Shown piece by piece: positions 1 to 13,030 of a DNA stretch of 64,000 bases. Within the stretch, counting starts at the first letter, position 1. Each line of letters begins with the position of its first letter. The notes beneath the pieces are model-generated. The model ran no database searches, was not told where the DNA came from, and worked only from the letters and a program-made list of their open reading frames with translations. Made by a program: the position numbers and the translations under genes. This DNA is from the human T2T-CHM13v2.0 reference genome, Homo sapiens: the NCBI GenBank assembly GCA_009914755.4, contig CP068257.2, positions 16,512,001 to 16,576,000 of the forward strand. Reading direction: 5' to 3'.

Positions 1-3000
1 AAAATCCAACTCCAGTTTGCTAAGATGAATCTTACATGATATAACATAACCAAGAGAGCAGCTATCCCACCATGTTCAGATCCCTCAAGAAGAAGGATCG
101 TTCATGGTATATGCACCAGGGAGTGGGGATCTTCTGGACCATCTTAGAATTCTGCCCACTATATGAACATAGCTAGATTTGTGTTGCCAGCCTATAACTA
201 TTAGACTCCAAATAAATCTTCTGACAGAAGTTAAGAGAAGGAATAGCCACCATCATCAGCAAAGATGTAAAGCCTTGATTTGGGACTATCTCATGGTCTT
301 GACATGTCTTAGAGATTTCTATTATTTGTCTTGTTAAGTGTCCTCTTGAATGCAGCAGCCTAGACATAACTGGTTAATTATCATTATGATCAATACACTC
401 TATATTAGTTTCTATCGCTGCCATAATAAATTATAACAAACTCCAACAGCTTGAAAAACCCCACCTGTTTATTGTCTAAGAGTTTAGTAGGCCAGAAATC
501 CAGGCACAGCTTAGCTCAGCTGATTTTCTGCTCTGAGTTTCATGCAGCCAAAATCAAGGTGTCAGCAGAGCTGATTTCCTGTCTGGAGGCTCTGGGGATA
601 AGTCCACCTCAGAGCTCATTCAGAATGTTGGCAGGATTCCGTTCCATGTGACTGTAGGACTGAGGGCCCCTTCTCCTTGTTGGCTATAGGCTGAGGGTTT
701 ATTTTTAGATCCCAGAAGCTGTCAAATTTCCTGGCTCATGGTCACTTTTCTCCATCTTCAAAACCTGAAATGACAGGATGAGTCATTCTTATGCTTCAAA
801 TATCTTTGACCTCCCTTTTTGCCTCGTAACTTCTCTGTCTCCCTCTCCTGCTGTATCTCTTTTAATGGCTCTTCTGCCTTTTTCCCTGCTTTTAAGGACT
901 TACATGATTATATCGAGTTCATCTGGGTAAATCTATAATAATTTCTCTATTTTAAGGGCATCAAACTAAGCCACCCCCAAAATATGCCACTTTGGCATAA
1001 GGATTATTTTGAGCTGAAAGCAGTTGAAAATCAACTGATAGAGAAAGAGTTCTTTCTCACCCTCTTATCTGCCTAAAAGCAGGACTATGTTTTATATATA
1101 TATACATATATATTTACCCTTTTCTATGAATAATATTAAGATACCATAACTACTAAAACAGATTTCCTCTAAAATATCAGTGGCTTAACATGATAGAATC
1201 TTATTTCTCTCTCAGGAGGGGATTGCCAGTGGTGGGATGGGGTTCAGGTGGGGCAGTGCAGTGACACTCTGCTTCACGTAGTCATTCAGTGCAGTGCCAC
1301 TAACACCTCTTACTGGAGTTTCTTGGCCATCGACCTCCAGCCAGAAGGAAGAGAGAGAGGGATGGCAAGTGAGATGTTTATGTGTCTCAGACCACAAGAT
1401 AGTGAATATAATTTCCCTTTATACTAGAAAATGTAATTTAGCTATGTGCCCAGCCTGGAGAGGAAACAGGTTTAATTGCACATAATTTTATTCGGTATAG
1501 GAAATATGTATGTAAACAGGCTTATGTATTATACATATTTTGTAATATTGTTTATTTACTCAGCAATATATCTCAAAGTTTTACTTCTTATTTATATCAT
1601 TGTTATTTGACTACATCTTTTTTTTAGGAAGATGTCCCCACTCCTCACACCTGTAACAGGGACACAAGAACTCTTATCATCAAAGATGGGAGCTGACACC
1701 AGGATTAGTTTGCATGAACAGATCTTATCTTCCTCTAGTTCAAATTTAGTCCTTAGCTTTCATTAGTTTCCCCGTATGTTTCCTAGTTGCTTCTCCGCAA
1801 TTTATCATTCATGTAAATATTAATAAAATGGTGTGCCTTTTCTTCTGTTAATCCATCTAATTTTAGTTTAATTCAAAAGCCCCCAGATACAGAATTCAGA
1901 GGATAGAGGAAAAATTTTTCTGTCTCAAAAAAAGGTTACCTGTTTAATTATCATAATTCCATCTGCCGTCCTAAATTCTAGAACTTCCCTTCATAGAAAT
2001 ACTCAGATTAACATTTGATTGAATAACTAAAGGAAGGAAATCTTGGGGAAGCAGCATCTTTAGAATTCTTCCTACTACAGCTTCCTAAAATTAATGAACA
2101 AATGTTTATGGTGTGTTCTGTAAGTGTATTTAATGTTATGCATTAAATATGGGTGACAACAAAATGAGAATGATGGGTTCACTGCTCTCTAACAGCTTAA
2201 AGTTGGTAGGAGAAAATTTCAAGTCTGTATAAGATGATGGAGATATGTAGAGATCGTATCTGGGAAGGCTGAGAGAAGCAGATGGAATAATAATAGTGGA
2301 CAGGCACAAGGTCATCACCATGTAGGGCATAGCTTGGTTGTGACCTGAAAGACAAACTTGAATTAATGCCACAGGGAATTAGGGAATTGAGCGGGGCTTC
2401 TAGCAAATCTGTACTGTAAATTAGCTTATAATATAGGGTTAGACAGACATATTTATTCATCCTGTTAGTACTAGAGGTGGCTATTTTTTCATATCTTTGT
2501 TTCCCATCATAATTGGGAAACAAATGAGAGATGTGTAAAAGTCAGGTTGAAGAAAGCAAAGTGTCACTGATATTCCTGATAAATCTGATATAAGAAAACA
2601 GGCTAACAGGTCAGCCTTACCCAATCCCAGTCCCCAACGTTGCCAAGCCCTCAGTTCTCCCTTGAAAGAACCTGTCCTTGCAAACTCAATGGCATGGAGG
2701 AACCCAGAATTCATGTGCCTTGTGGATTCATTGTTTCCCTCCAAAGTTTCTTACAAATTACCCTCTGGAGAGAAGGAAATGAATAGATGGTGCAACAGGC
2801 CTACAGTGAAATATGAGCTAGGAAAGAAGAGGTTCTTCCCTCTAATTCTGCAAACTTGTGGCTTCAAGTAGAGAGAACAGTATTCACTCTCAACACATCT
2901 TCCAAGAAGAATGTGAATTCAAATATGACAAAACAGAGGGCAGAATTTCGAGGTTGTTAGAGAAACTTTGTGGTAGAAATACAAGGCCATTGAGTTTAGC

Positions 3001-4039
3001 TAAATCATGTTATTTATATAACACTTTAGTCAGGAAGTGGTTTCTCTCACTGAGGTTATCAGCATTAGAAAGGCAGTCACGGAAACAATAACCCTGAATG
3101 GAATGTTGTTTTGAAAGGGAGGCTTTAGACAGCAGGTCCTTCAGTCTAGTGAGGAGGCTACTGATTTAATTCTAGTCTTTTGCAGTCTAGCATAAATTGC
3201 TAAGCAATGCTAGATAAAGGCCACTTACAGTAAATAGCTTTAAAGTCTCAGGGTCATCATTTTGCTAAAAGGAAATCCTGGAACCAAGCAATTTAAAGGC
3301 CCTGTGGACATGGAATACTTATACTCAAGTCAGAAGCCAAGTGCTACTGCTGTTTAACTGTCTGTAGTGTGAGATACTCAACAGCAATGGGAAATTCTCT
3401 GCTGAAGTATGACCTGACGTATTTCTTTTGACCTTGGACGTGGGTAGAAAGGAAAATCAAAGTGACTTGCCCTACCTGGGATAATTTTTTGATGAAAATT
3501 TTTCTGAAGAAATTTTGCACGGGTAAAAAGATACTCTTAAAGGCAACTTACGTTCAATCAATTGATCTTGGAAAGAAGAAAAGTAGCTACAGTTGAAAAT
3601 TAGCATTGGCCTACAGATTCAGGATTTAAAAGTTTTATTTTATTTTTTCAGTGTGATTCAATCTCACTTGTTCATTTTCGTTTTTGTTGGCTGTTGACTT
3701 TTGGAGTCACATTCAAGGAATCTTTGCCCAGCCCAATGTCGTGAAGTATACATGAATACAAACATATATACACACATATATAGTTATCATTTGTCAATTA
3801 AAAATAAAATTTAAAAATTAACGTTTTAAAAAATAATTTTAAAAAATAAAAATGATCGTTCATATAACTGTCAATGCAAAATTTGGAGGAACCTGATTTT
3901 AAAGTCTACTTTCTGGGTCAATACGATATCAATTAAGCTCAATATTGCTTATGGGTTTGTTGCTGTTATTCCTGTTAAATTTAATATGAACATCAAATTA
4001 AAATATGTTTGCTTATGGTGAGCCTGTTTCTTCCACGAC

Positions 4040-4600
4040 GATTGCCATGAAACAAACCAACCCAAACTTGGGGGCATAAAAAGAGCTTTAATTGTGCTCA
4101 TTGCTTCTGTGGGTCAGGAGTTTCTGAAACGGACAGTGGGCATGGCTCTTCTCTGCTCTACATGTCTGGGCCTTCAGTTAGAAGATTCGATAGCTAGGAG
4201 GGAAGTCTGGGTCCTAGTGTCATCTGATACTTGTTCACTCTCATGTTGATCCTTGGCTGGCAAGACCCAGAGTCTAGGAGTGACAGCAAGTATGCCTATC
4301 CTTGCCCTCTCTGAGTGGCTTAAGTTCCTCACAACATGGCAGCTTACATGCAAGTTCAAAGTTCCAAGTTTAAGTGTTGCGGCGAAGAAGGCAGAAGTTA
4401 CCTTAGAAGCTATGTGGTACCACTCCCTTCATTGTCACCCCTTCTGTTGATTACAGGCGAGTCACACACCTGCTTACATGCACAGGGACTGTGTTCATAT
4501 ACACCTCTCAGTTGGAGGAGTGCCAAGTTTAGCTTGCAGAAGCAAGGATCTGTGAGATGGAAGATACGTTGTGGGTATCTCTGGAAACACAATCTGTCAT
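4040..4600 (-). mobile_element. MaLR/ERVL-class LTR fragment (old, diverged)
   Basis: Reads as the reverse complement of an LTR 3' end (motif ...aaacttgggggcataaaaagagctttaattg...ctgtgggtcaggag...). Typical MaLR/ERVL interior motifs follow (...cctcacaacatggcagct...). No long ORF. Confidence 0.4.
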
Positions 4601-5416
4601 GATGTTTATGGTGTATTTATTTATTATCCAATTGAGAGTATCTTCCTAACTACCATCAATATTGCCATTATTACCGTTATGCACTTGGTAACTATACAGA
4701 AAAACATTTTTATTTGTGGTCAAAAAAGAAATGAGATTACATATTCTGATAACAGTGATGAGAAGAACAAATGTTAAATTGAAAAGTGCAATGACACTGT
4801 TGTTATTTAGTTCACTCGTAACATTATAGATATATTCCATTTGTACATATTCTCCATGAAGGCTTTATTTCTCTTCATTAAGGCAGGTTGTGTCAGCCAA
4901 ACAGCAGATGGCCTAACCATAATGCCTTTAGGCAGATGTTCTCATTTGGGTCATAACATGTGAGCAAAAAATGCCATATTCCAAACTGTCTCATCATCTC
5001 TAGTAATTACTGGATAACATCCAATGTTTACACAAGTCTTTTATAGCTGTGTATTATATTGGCTAGACCTAAGTACTGAAGGCTTGGTTTATAGTAACAC
5101 TATTTTGCTAAATTTTGGGATAGATTATACAACTCTATTCAATTTGACATATACCAAATGGTCATAATCTATATAATATAATCTAGGCATAGGATTAATA
5201 CAATAATTATTAATTCTAACTTTCTGGGTTTACCATTTTTAAAGACGATATTGCCAAAATAGATAAAAAACTGAAAATAAATCTATTCCAGAAAAGAAGT
5301 AAAAAAAAAGGAGACAGAAAAGGAAAGGCAATAATAAATTGGGCAATAAGAAACATTAAGATGGTTTTATAGCGTGCTTTGAGGATTCATTTCAATCTTG
5401 CAAGATTCCAAAAGGT

Positions 5417-5431
5417 TTTTTTTTTTTTTTT
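5417..5431. repeat. poly(T) tract (about 15 nt)
   Basis: Homopolymer run seen directly. Confidence 0.9.
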
Positions 5432-5763
5432 AATTCAGGTGCTTGCCATTAGTGGAACTTCTAGGACACTAGAAGCAAGCTGTTTTGAGTAGTTGTAGTG
5501 AAAATGGAAGACAATTACTGCATTTCATGAACAAGAAAAATATTCAGAGCCTGGTATACAATAGGTTTTGTGCAGATCATTTTTTCTCTTTCAATCTTGA
5601 GTACTATTAAATCATTCATCCTTTCTTTAGTCAAACTTCAGTTTTATGAAGATGGCCCCTTTTAGCATCTGCCTGAAACTTTAAAAGTGGTAACAGAAGG
5701 TGCTTCACATAAAAAGTCATTATTGATGTTGCTTTGCGAGGTGTAACACAGAAGCATAGATTA

Positions 5764-6242
<479 letters not shown>

Positions 6243-6402
6243 TCAATTTTCTTAGTGTATTGTGCATGTAGGCAAATAAAAATGTGCCATATATCACAAG
6301 TAGATTCGGTTTTTACCAACATTTGACAGCACTTTCTGGTTTTTGTTTTCAGTGGAATTCCTTAAATGTGACTCCATTAACCAGACAGTTAATACATTTT
6401 AG

Positions 6403-6604
6403 TTTGGAGCAGTGGTTCTTAAATGCAGACACTTTTTACCCCGGGGATATTTGGCACTATCTGGAGACATTTTTGTCACCAGCTTGTGGGTAGAGGCCAG
6501 GGAGGCTGCCACACAATGCAATGCACAGGACAAGAAAGGCCTCCCGCCAACAAAGAATTATCCAGCACAAAATGTCAATATCATCAAGGTTGACAAACCC
6601 TGGC
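6403..6604 (+). mobile_element. MER20-like hAT-type DNA transposon fragment
   Basis: Matches the recalled consensus ...cagtggttct.aa...ggacatttggcaatgtctggagacatttttg...gggtagaggccagggatgctgc.aaacatcctacaatgcacaggacag...acaaagaattatc.ggcccaaaatgtcaatagtgc.gaggttgagaaaccctg. The 6412..6636 ORF lies inside it. Confidence 0.4.
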
Positions 6605-7663
6605 ATAAGGTAAGAAAACTTTCAAAGTATGTTTAAACACAAACGTTTGGCAGAGATTTAACTGGTATATAAAGTTGCAAATAGTGATGATTTAATATGG
6701 GAACTATTTTGTTCCCCTCCACCACTATTAATTGAAAAGTTTTCTGCTGTTTGAGATTTTTTTTTCTAAAGATGCGGTATTAAATATTGAAACCCTCAGT
6801 TTTATAGGAGAACTTGAAATATTATTGGAGTGAATTTGTTATACGAACTCATGACTTAATTGTCAAAAAAGGAAAGAATTTAAAAACAAGCTGATGATTT
6901 TCGAGAACCTTCTACATTTGCGGATTGTGTTTAGTATTTTGGGAAGCAGAATCATTCCCCAACCTTGCCCATGCCCTAATCCTCAGAACCTGTGAATACT
7001 ACTTTAAATGGCCAAAGGGGCTTTGCAGGTGTGATTGGTTTTAAGGACTTTGGGATACAAATGATCTATAAGTGGGCCAAATCTAACCATGTGAGTCCTT
7101 AAAAATGGAGCACTTTTCCCAGCTGTGGTCAGAGAATCAGATAGATGGCAGCATGAGAAGGATTCGACCTGCTGGTGCTGTTGGCTTTGAAGACAGAGGA
7201 AGAGGACCATGAGCCAAGGACTATGGGCAGCCTCTAGAACACAGAAAAGGCAAGGAACTGGATTCTAAGAGTCTTCGGAAAGGAACACATTTTTGCTAAC
7301 ACTTTGCTTTTAACCTGAAAAGATCCTCATCAGAATGTAGATCTAGATAGCTGTAAGATATAAAAATGTTTGTGTTCTTTTAAACTATTAAATTTGTGAT
7401 AATCTGTTATAGTAGCAACAGTAAACTCATACAAGTATTTATTGCATATCTCATTTAATCCTTTCAACAATCTTAGAAGAAAGGAACTATCATTTTCTTT
7501 AAATCACAGATGGGAAATTAATGTCTGGAGAGATAAAGTGATCTACACAGGGTTACATAACTGGTAAGTTAAGGGACAAGGTCTCAAAGGAAGAAGAATT
7601 TAAAAACCAGTGCTCTTAGAACTGATCCCTAAATTATTTTGGGGGTAAAAGAGTATTATTCCT

Positions 7664-8720
7664 TTTCTTTTTTCTCTTCTTTTTTTTAACTTTTATTTTA
7701 AGTTCAGGGGTACAAGTGCAGGTTTGTTACATAGGTAAACTTGTGTCATGGGGGTTTGTTGTACAGATTATTTCATCACCCAGGTATTAAACCTAGTACC
7801 CATTAGTTATTTTTCCTTCTCCTCCTCCTCCTCCCACCCTCCCCCTTCCAAAAGGCCCCAGGGTACAACCCTCTATGTGTCCAAGTGTTCTCAACATTTA
7901 GCGTCCACGTATAAGTAAGAACATTCAGTGTTTGGTTTTCTGTTCTTGTGTTAGTTTGCTAAGGATAATGGCTTCCAGCTCCATCCATGTCCCTGCAAGG
8001 ACATAATCTTCTGTTTTTATGGATTCATAATATTCCATTGTGTATATATACTACATTTTCTTTATCCAGTCTATCATTGATGGACATTTATGTTGATTCC
8101 ATGTCTTTCCTATTGTGGATAGTGCTGTAATGAACATACACATGCATGTGTCTTTATAACAGATGATTTATATTCATATGGGTAGATACTCAGTAATGGG
8201 ATTGCTGGGTTGGATGGTATTTCTGTCTTTAGGTCTTTGAGAAATCGCCAAACTGTCTTCCACAATGACTGAACTAATTTACATTCCCACCAACTGTGTA
8301 TAAGTGTTCCTTTTTCTCCACAACCTTGCCAGTATCTGCTATTTTTTGACTTTTTAATAATAGCCATTCTGATTGGTGTGAGATGGTATCTCATTGTGGT
8401 TTTGATTTACGTTTCTTAAGTGATGTTGAGCTTTTTTTCATATGCTTGTTGGCTGCATGTATGTTTTCTTTTGGAAAGTGTCTGTTCATGTCCTTTGCCC
8501 ACTTTTTAATGGGGTAGTTTGTGGGATTTTTTTGGTAAATTTGTTTAAGTTCCTTATAGATGTAAAGGCATAAAACACATACCCTGTCTTTGGTACTGGT
8601 TTTTTGTAAAACGTGAACACTATGATTAGCTTGAACGAAGAATCTTTTCCTGATATTTGCAGAGTTTAATTCCATCTTGTAAAGGGAAAGACATGTTTTC
8701 ATACATTTATACATGTTCTT
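7664..8720 (-). mobile_element. L1 3' end (L1PA/L1PB-type): ORF2 C-terminus plus 3'UTR; poly(A) as a plus-strand T-run at 7664-7688
   Basis: The plus strand reads the L1 antisense 3' end (ttaagttcaggggtacaagtgcaggtttgttacataggta...ggtatctcattgtggttttgatttacgtttc...). The minus-strand ORFs 8110..8394 and 8391..8714 translate to ...[25 protein letters not shown]...[50 protein letters not shown].., which matches L1 ORF2. Confidence 0.9.
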
Positions 8721-9224
8721 TCATAAACACCTTAAGATATAATATTTGATTTCCAATTAAGTTGTAATCATGCCTACAATGCTTTCCAGCTTCTTTCTTT
8801 CAAAGCTCCCCATTTACTAGCTGTTGTCCATTTCTCCCGCTTTCTCTTTTCACACTTCACACCTTCCACTCTGAGAGTCAGCCAAATGCAACAACTTTTT
8901 GTTCCTTAAATGGGTCATGCTTTCTCTTACTTTTTACTTTTTATTTTTTTCCTTAGTCTTGTGCATGCTGTTTGCTCTGATAGAACACATTGTTCACTTC
9001 TCTGTTTCTACTCATTTTTCAAGTCTTAGATTTTTGTCATTAACTTTTTCGGGGAATTTTATTCTTCTAATCCTCCCTACACCCCAGCACAGGCTGCGAG
9101 TATTTCTATTGCATTTGTACTGAAACTTTCATCAGAATTTATTTCACTCTTGCCTTGTCTACATCTCTCTCTGGGCTGAAAGCTCCTAAGGGTAGGACTG
9201 TGTTCGTTCACTGGTAAATATTTC

Positions 9225-9486
9225 CTTTTTAAACAAATGCATGTATTCAAGTATAACCTACAAACTGAAAAGTATGTGAATCCTAAGTGTACAGCTGGTT
9301 GAGCTTTCACAAAATGACATACACATGTTATTACCACCCACAAGATATTGTCAGTTCCCTAGAAGCGCACTACCACCCTCCACCTGTAATTTATGCTCTC
9401 TGCAAGTCACTAACCACTAACCCCTCTTTCTCCTCCTGTATGTACCCAAAGATAGTCACTATCCTGACCTCTAATGCCATGAAATG
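9225..9486 (-). mobile_element. L1M (L1MB-like) 3'UTR fragment, part 1; the element is interrupted by an MLT1 LTR
   Basis: ...taagtgtacagctggttgagctttcacaaaatgac...cactaaccactaacccctctttc... corresponds to the L1MB antisense 3' end (taagtgtacagttcagtggttttt...cccctggcaaccactaatc...). Confidence 0.6.
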
Positions 9487-9496
9487 ATTTTGCCTG

Positions 9497-9753
9497 TTGT
9501 ATTAGTTTGTTAAGGCTGTCATAACAAAGCACCACAAAATGGGTGGCATAAACAACAGAAATTTATTGTCTCATGGTTACGGAGGCTAAAAGCCCAACAT
9601 CAAGGTGTTAGCAGAGACAGTTCCTTCTGAGGGCCGTGAGGAAGAATTTGTTTCATCCCTCTTCCCTAATTCTTGGTGGTTTGCTGACAATTTTGGTATT
9701 TGTTGGCTTGTAGAAGTATCAGCCTGATCTGTGCCTTCATATTCACGTGGTGT

Positions 9754-9784
<31 letters not shown>

Positions 9785-10023
9785 TTCTCTCTCTCTCTCT
9801 GTGTATGTATGTGTGTGTGTCTGTGTCTGTGTCCAAATTTACCCATTTAATAAGGACACTGGTCACGTTGGATTAGGGTCACACACTATTCCACTATAAC
9901 TTCATATTACTTAATTACATCTGCAATGACCCTATTTCCAACAAAGGTCACATTTTGAGGTGCTGAAAGTGCGGTCTTCAACATTTGAATGTGAAGTAGA
10001 AGAGATAATTCCACCCATAATAA
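9497..10023 (-). mobile_element. MLT1-type MaLR solo LTR
   Basis: Reverse complement of the MLT1 consensus. It reads ...ggctgtcataacaaagcaccacaaaatgggtggcataaacaacagaaatttattgtctca... through ...ggattagggtcacac...acatctgcaatgaccctatttccaacaaaggtcacattttgaggtgc...ccacccataa. Confidence 0.8.
9756..9832. repeat. compound microsatellite (TC)n(TCTT)(TC)n(TG)n
   Basis: tctctctctctctctctctctttctctttctctctctctctctgtgtatgtatgtgtgtgtgtctgtgtctgtgtc seen directly. It arises from the tctgtgtgtgtc region of the MLT1 LTR. Confidence 0.95.
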
Positions 10024-10545
10024 CTATTTTTAAACTTCAATTAAATAGAATTATATACCATATATTCTTCTGTGTCATCTTCTTTGATTTGCTATTACAT
10101 TAATGCAACTTGTACATATTGTGTTATTAGTCTTCCATTTCTTTCTTTATTTTTGTTTTTCTTTTCAAGATAGAGTCTCACTATGTTGCTTAGGCTAGAC
10201 TGAAACTCCTGGGCTCAAGAGACCCTTCTGCCTCAGCCTCCTGAGCAGCTGGGACTGCAGGTGTACACCAACATGCTCAGTTCCATTCATTCATTTTGAT
10301 TGCTATACTGTGTTCCACTGAATGTTTATGCCATATATATCTATGTGTCTATGTCTACATTTGTAGCTATCTATACCTATGTCTATATCATCTATATCTA
10401 TATAGCCATTCTACTGGAAAGGATACTAGAGTGTTTACAGTTTGGGGCTATTAACATATAGTGCTACTATAAAAATTTTTGTACATGGATTTTGGTACAT
10501 ATATGTAAGTGAATATTTATTGAACAACTGAATTATGATAAGGCA
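10024..10545 (-). mobile_element. L1M (L1MB-like) 3' end, part 2 (continues the element at 9225-9486)
   Basis: ...ccattctactggaaaggatac...gtttggggctattaacatatagtgctactataaaaatttttgtacatggattttggtacatatatg... corresponds to L1M antisense ...ctttttggctattatgaataatgctgctatgaacattcgtgtacaagtttttgtgtggacatatg.... Confidence 0.55.
10168..10280 (-). mobile_element. Alu-monomer-like fragment (FLAM/FRAM-like) nested in the L1M
   Basis: agagtctcactatgttgcttaggctagactgaaactcctgggctcaagagacccttctgcctcagcctcctgagcagctgggactgcaggtgtacacc resembles the antisense Alu left-arm/right-arm junction. Confidence 0.4.
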
Positions 10546-11834
10546 GGAAAGTGATTTATTTATACTTTAATAGCATTCCTAAATGAACAAGTGTCAAAGT
10601 TTGGGTGGAGGAATCCAGTGTTTCTCTAAACTTGCTTCTTAGAATATTAGTTTTGTAGCATCTTAATGGGTGTCACTTTCTAAAAAAGTTACATGACTGA
10701 AAACATTTGGAAATATTGGACTGAACAAATTAAACCATTTTGTTTGTTCTTCTTATACTGCAGGATTTTTTCAATTGCCTTTTTTTTCCCCTAGAGAGTA
10801 AATGTGAAAGACAGTTCTCATATTTGACAGGGAAGCTCTTTTTGTTTTGAGGAAGATATAGCTAGGACCAAAATTCTAGTAGGTTCTATACTTTGTTACT
10901 AAATGGGTACTGGGTTATTATCTTTTTAAATTTTATATTACAAAATATTTGGTAAATTACTTAAACCTAAGAGTGTCAGGAGGATGAAAAGATGGTTTGC
11001 ATTATAGTACATTTGCTAACTTAAGTTTTCACATTTTTGCTTGTTTGGGGGCTAGTTTAAGTTTCTTGAGGTATTGTTTATATTTCATTGATAATCTGCA
11101 TTTTTAGAGGGGAATCTCTCATGTACAGGTTTTCTGTGATTAAAAAAAAGGCTTTCACTATAAAGAGAAGCCTCAAAACTTAGCAAGAGTACTGATCAAT
11201 CAACCACAGCTAAACACATGTTATCATTTTACTGATCCCCAGTGTGATTAATGCTTAAAAAAAGAACAACCCCATTTAAATTCCCTTTGCAACTTCATTT
11301 GTTGTAGCACAATAGATTAAAGGCTTACAAAAGGAGTTGTTTCTATTGTCTATCTTAAAAGAATTTTAATTACCAAATGCATTAAACTTTTATATTAATT
11401 AAGTGGTTTTGGGTTGTAGTCATCCAGGCATCAGCACTATTCCTGATGTCTCATTTTGCTGACTGCAGGCTGAAGGAAAGCTTGCCCCAGACACAGCAAC
11501 AGGACCCAGGCTGCCAAGCAGCACAGGGCCAAACAAAAGGGCTTGCACCTCAATTAAATTGAAAGTCTCTGAGCTGCTCTTGCAATCCAGATGGCAAGTA
11601 AATTCATATCTTCAGGAGGGATTTAATTAAGATATATTCATTGCAAGCATGAAGCCAGGAATTCAATCTCAAGAAAGCTTAAAAAATTGCAGTGGCACTT
11701 TAAAAATAACTACAATATAAGTAGGATCTAGACCACTCAAAAGTCAAGGGTTCTGTTCTAGACAACTTAGGAGTCTGGTGCTTTAGGCTAGTGTAGTCAA
11801 CTTCAGTTTTTTTTATTGGTGGTTAAAAGCAAAG

Positions 11835-12000
11835 GCTTTGGAATTAGACAAATTTAGTTTCAAAGGTTAGCCTTGGCAATCACTAATTCTATGACTTAAC
11901 TTTTCCTGTAGCTTCTGTTTCTTCAACTGTTGGATGAGTATAACACCTACATCATAAGATTTTTGTGAGGATTAAACGAGAAATATCCTAATGATTCTCA
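11835..12000 (+). mobile_element. MIR (tRNA-derived ancient SINE) fragment
   Basis: ...ctatgacttaacttttcctgtagcttctgtttcttcaactgttggatgagtataacacctacatcataagatttttgtgaggattaaacgag... matches the MIR core ...cctcagtttcctcatctgtaaaatgggg...agggttgttgtgaggattaaatgag.... Confidence 0.55.
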
Positions 12001-12059
12001 AGTTTGTGTCATTAGCCCTGGTCATTTCCTCATCTAGTCATTTCCTCCTAGTCATTTCC

Positions 12060-12560
12060 TCATCTCCAAAACTGTCTAACCACTTATTTGACATCTCTAC
12101 TTGGATTTATGATAGACATCTCAGACTTAAATTAGCTAAAACAAAACTGTCGATTACCCCAAACCCAGAACATGTGTGTCCCAGTTCTTCTCACTTGGAA
12201 TGCTTCCGCTATCCAGCCAGCTGCTCAAGCCAAAAAGCCAGGAGTTACTGTTCTCTTTCCATGTTCTCCCTCAAACAATTCTGTTAACTCCACCTCTGAT
12301 ATATATCTTGAATATCTGGAACATGTCCTCTTTTTTTCTGTCTCTATTGCCATCACATTGGTACAGTGTTTTCCAAGCTTAGTGGTACTGATATTTTGGA
12401 ACGGATAGTTCTTTATCATGGGGCTTGTCTTGTGCATTGTGCGATGTTTAGCAGCATCTCTGACCTCTATTCACTAGATGTCAGTAGTGTTCCCCAAGTT
12501 GTGAAACAAAAACGCCTCCAGACATTGACAATCGTCATTTGGGAGAAACAAGTCTACTCT
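12060..12560 (+). mobile_element. L2 (LINE-2) 3'-region fragment
   Basis: ...gacatctcagacttaa...accccaaacc...ccagctgctcaagccaaaaagccaggagttactgttc... corresponds to L2 ...gcatctcaaacttaacatgtccaaaactgaactc...cccccaaacctgctcc...cacccagttgctcaagccaaaaacctaggagtcatcc.... Confidence 0.55.
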
Positions 12561-12839
12561 AGTTGAGAACTGCTGTACTCATACAAGCCATCATCCCCTC
12601 TTGACAGAAAAAATCACCATCACAAAACTCACTTGTGGTATTTTATATTTGTTTTTATTTCGTCGATCCACTTAAGTTTTTCTGTTTTATAATCATGTGA
12701 TTCATCATTTTAAATAAAGATAATTTTGCCTCCTTTTAATCTTTAAAATGTTTTTCCTTTGACATTTATTATACATTCTGGTATCTATTGCTGCATATAG
12801 AAACTCAGACATATGGTTTGAAACAGCAATAATATTTAT

Positions 12840-13030
12840 TTGGCTCACAAATCTGCAATTTGAGCAGCAGTTGGTAAGGACAGATCATCTCTGCTCTGCT
12901 CAGGGCAGCAGGGATGGCTAAAACTCTGGACAATGGGCTGCTTTGCAACATGGTAGCTAGCTTCCAAGACACAGTCCCTCAAAAAGGAGGGAGCCACGTG
13001 GAGCCAAATTGCTCCTCAGAACCTAACTTC
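12840..13030. mobile_element. unclassified old interspersed-repeat fragment (LTR-internal-like)
   Basis: ggctcacaaatctgcaatttgagcagcag...gctcagggcagcagggatggc...ctttgcaacatggtagctagcttccaagacacag resembles a commonly seen LTR-associated repeat. Family not resolved. Confidence 0.3.

Noticed and set aside
1200-1460. An LTR-like or MIR-like segment (ccagccagaaggaagagagagagggatggcaag...gtgcccagcctggagaggaaac).
   Set aside because: It could not be matched confidently to any family from memory. It is left unannotated to avoid inventing a call.
6412-6636. A 74-aa plus-strand ORF that ends at a good splice-donor-like site (aag|gtaaga at about 6608-6616) and might be taken for a coding exon.
   Set aside because: The ORF is co-extensive with a MER20-like DNA-transposon fragment and shows no recognisable protein similarity. 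The sequence alone gives no support for it. Exonisation of such elements does occur, but transcript data would be needed.
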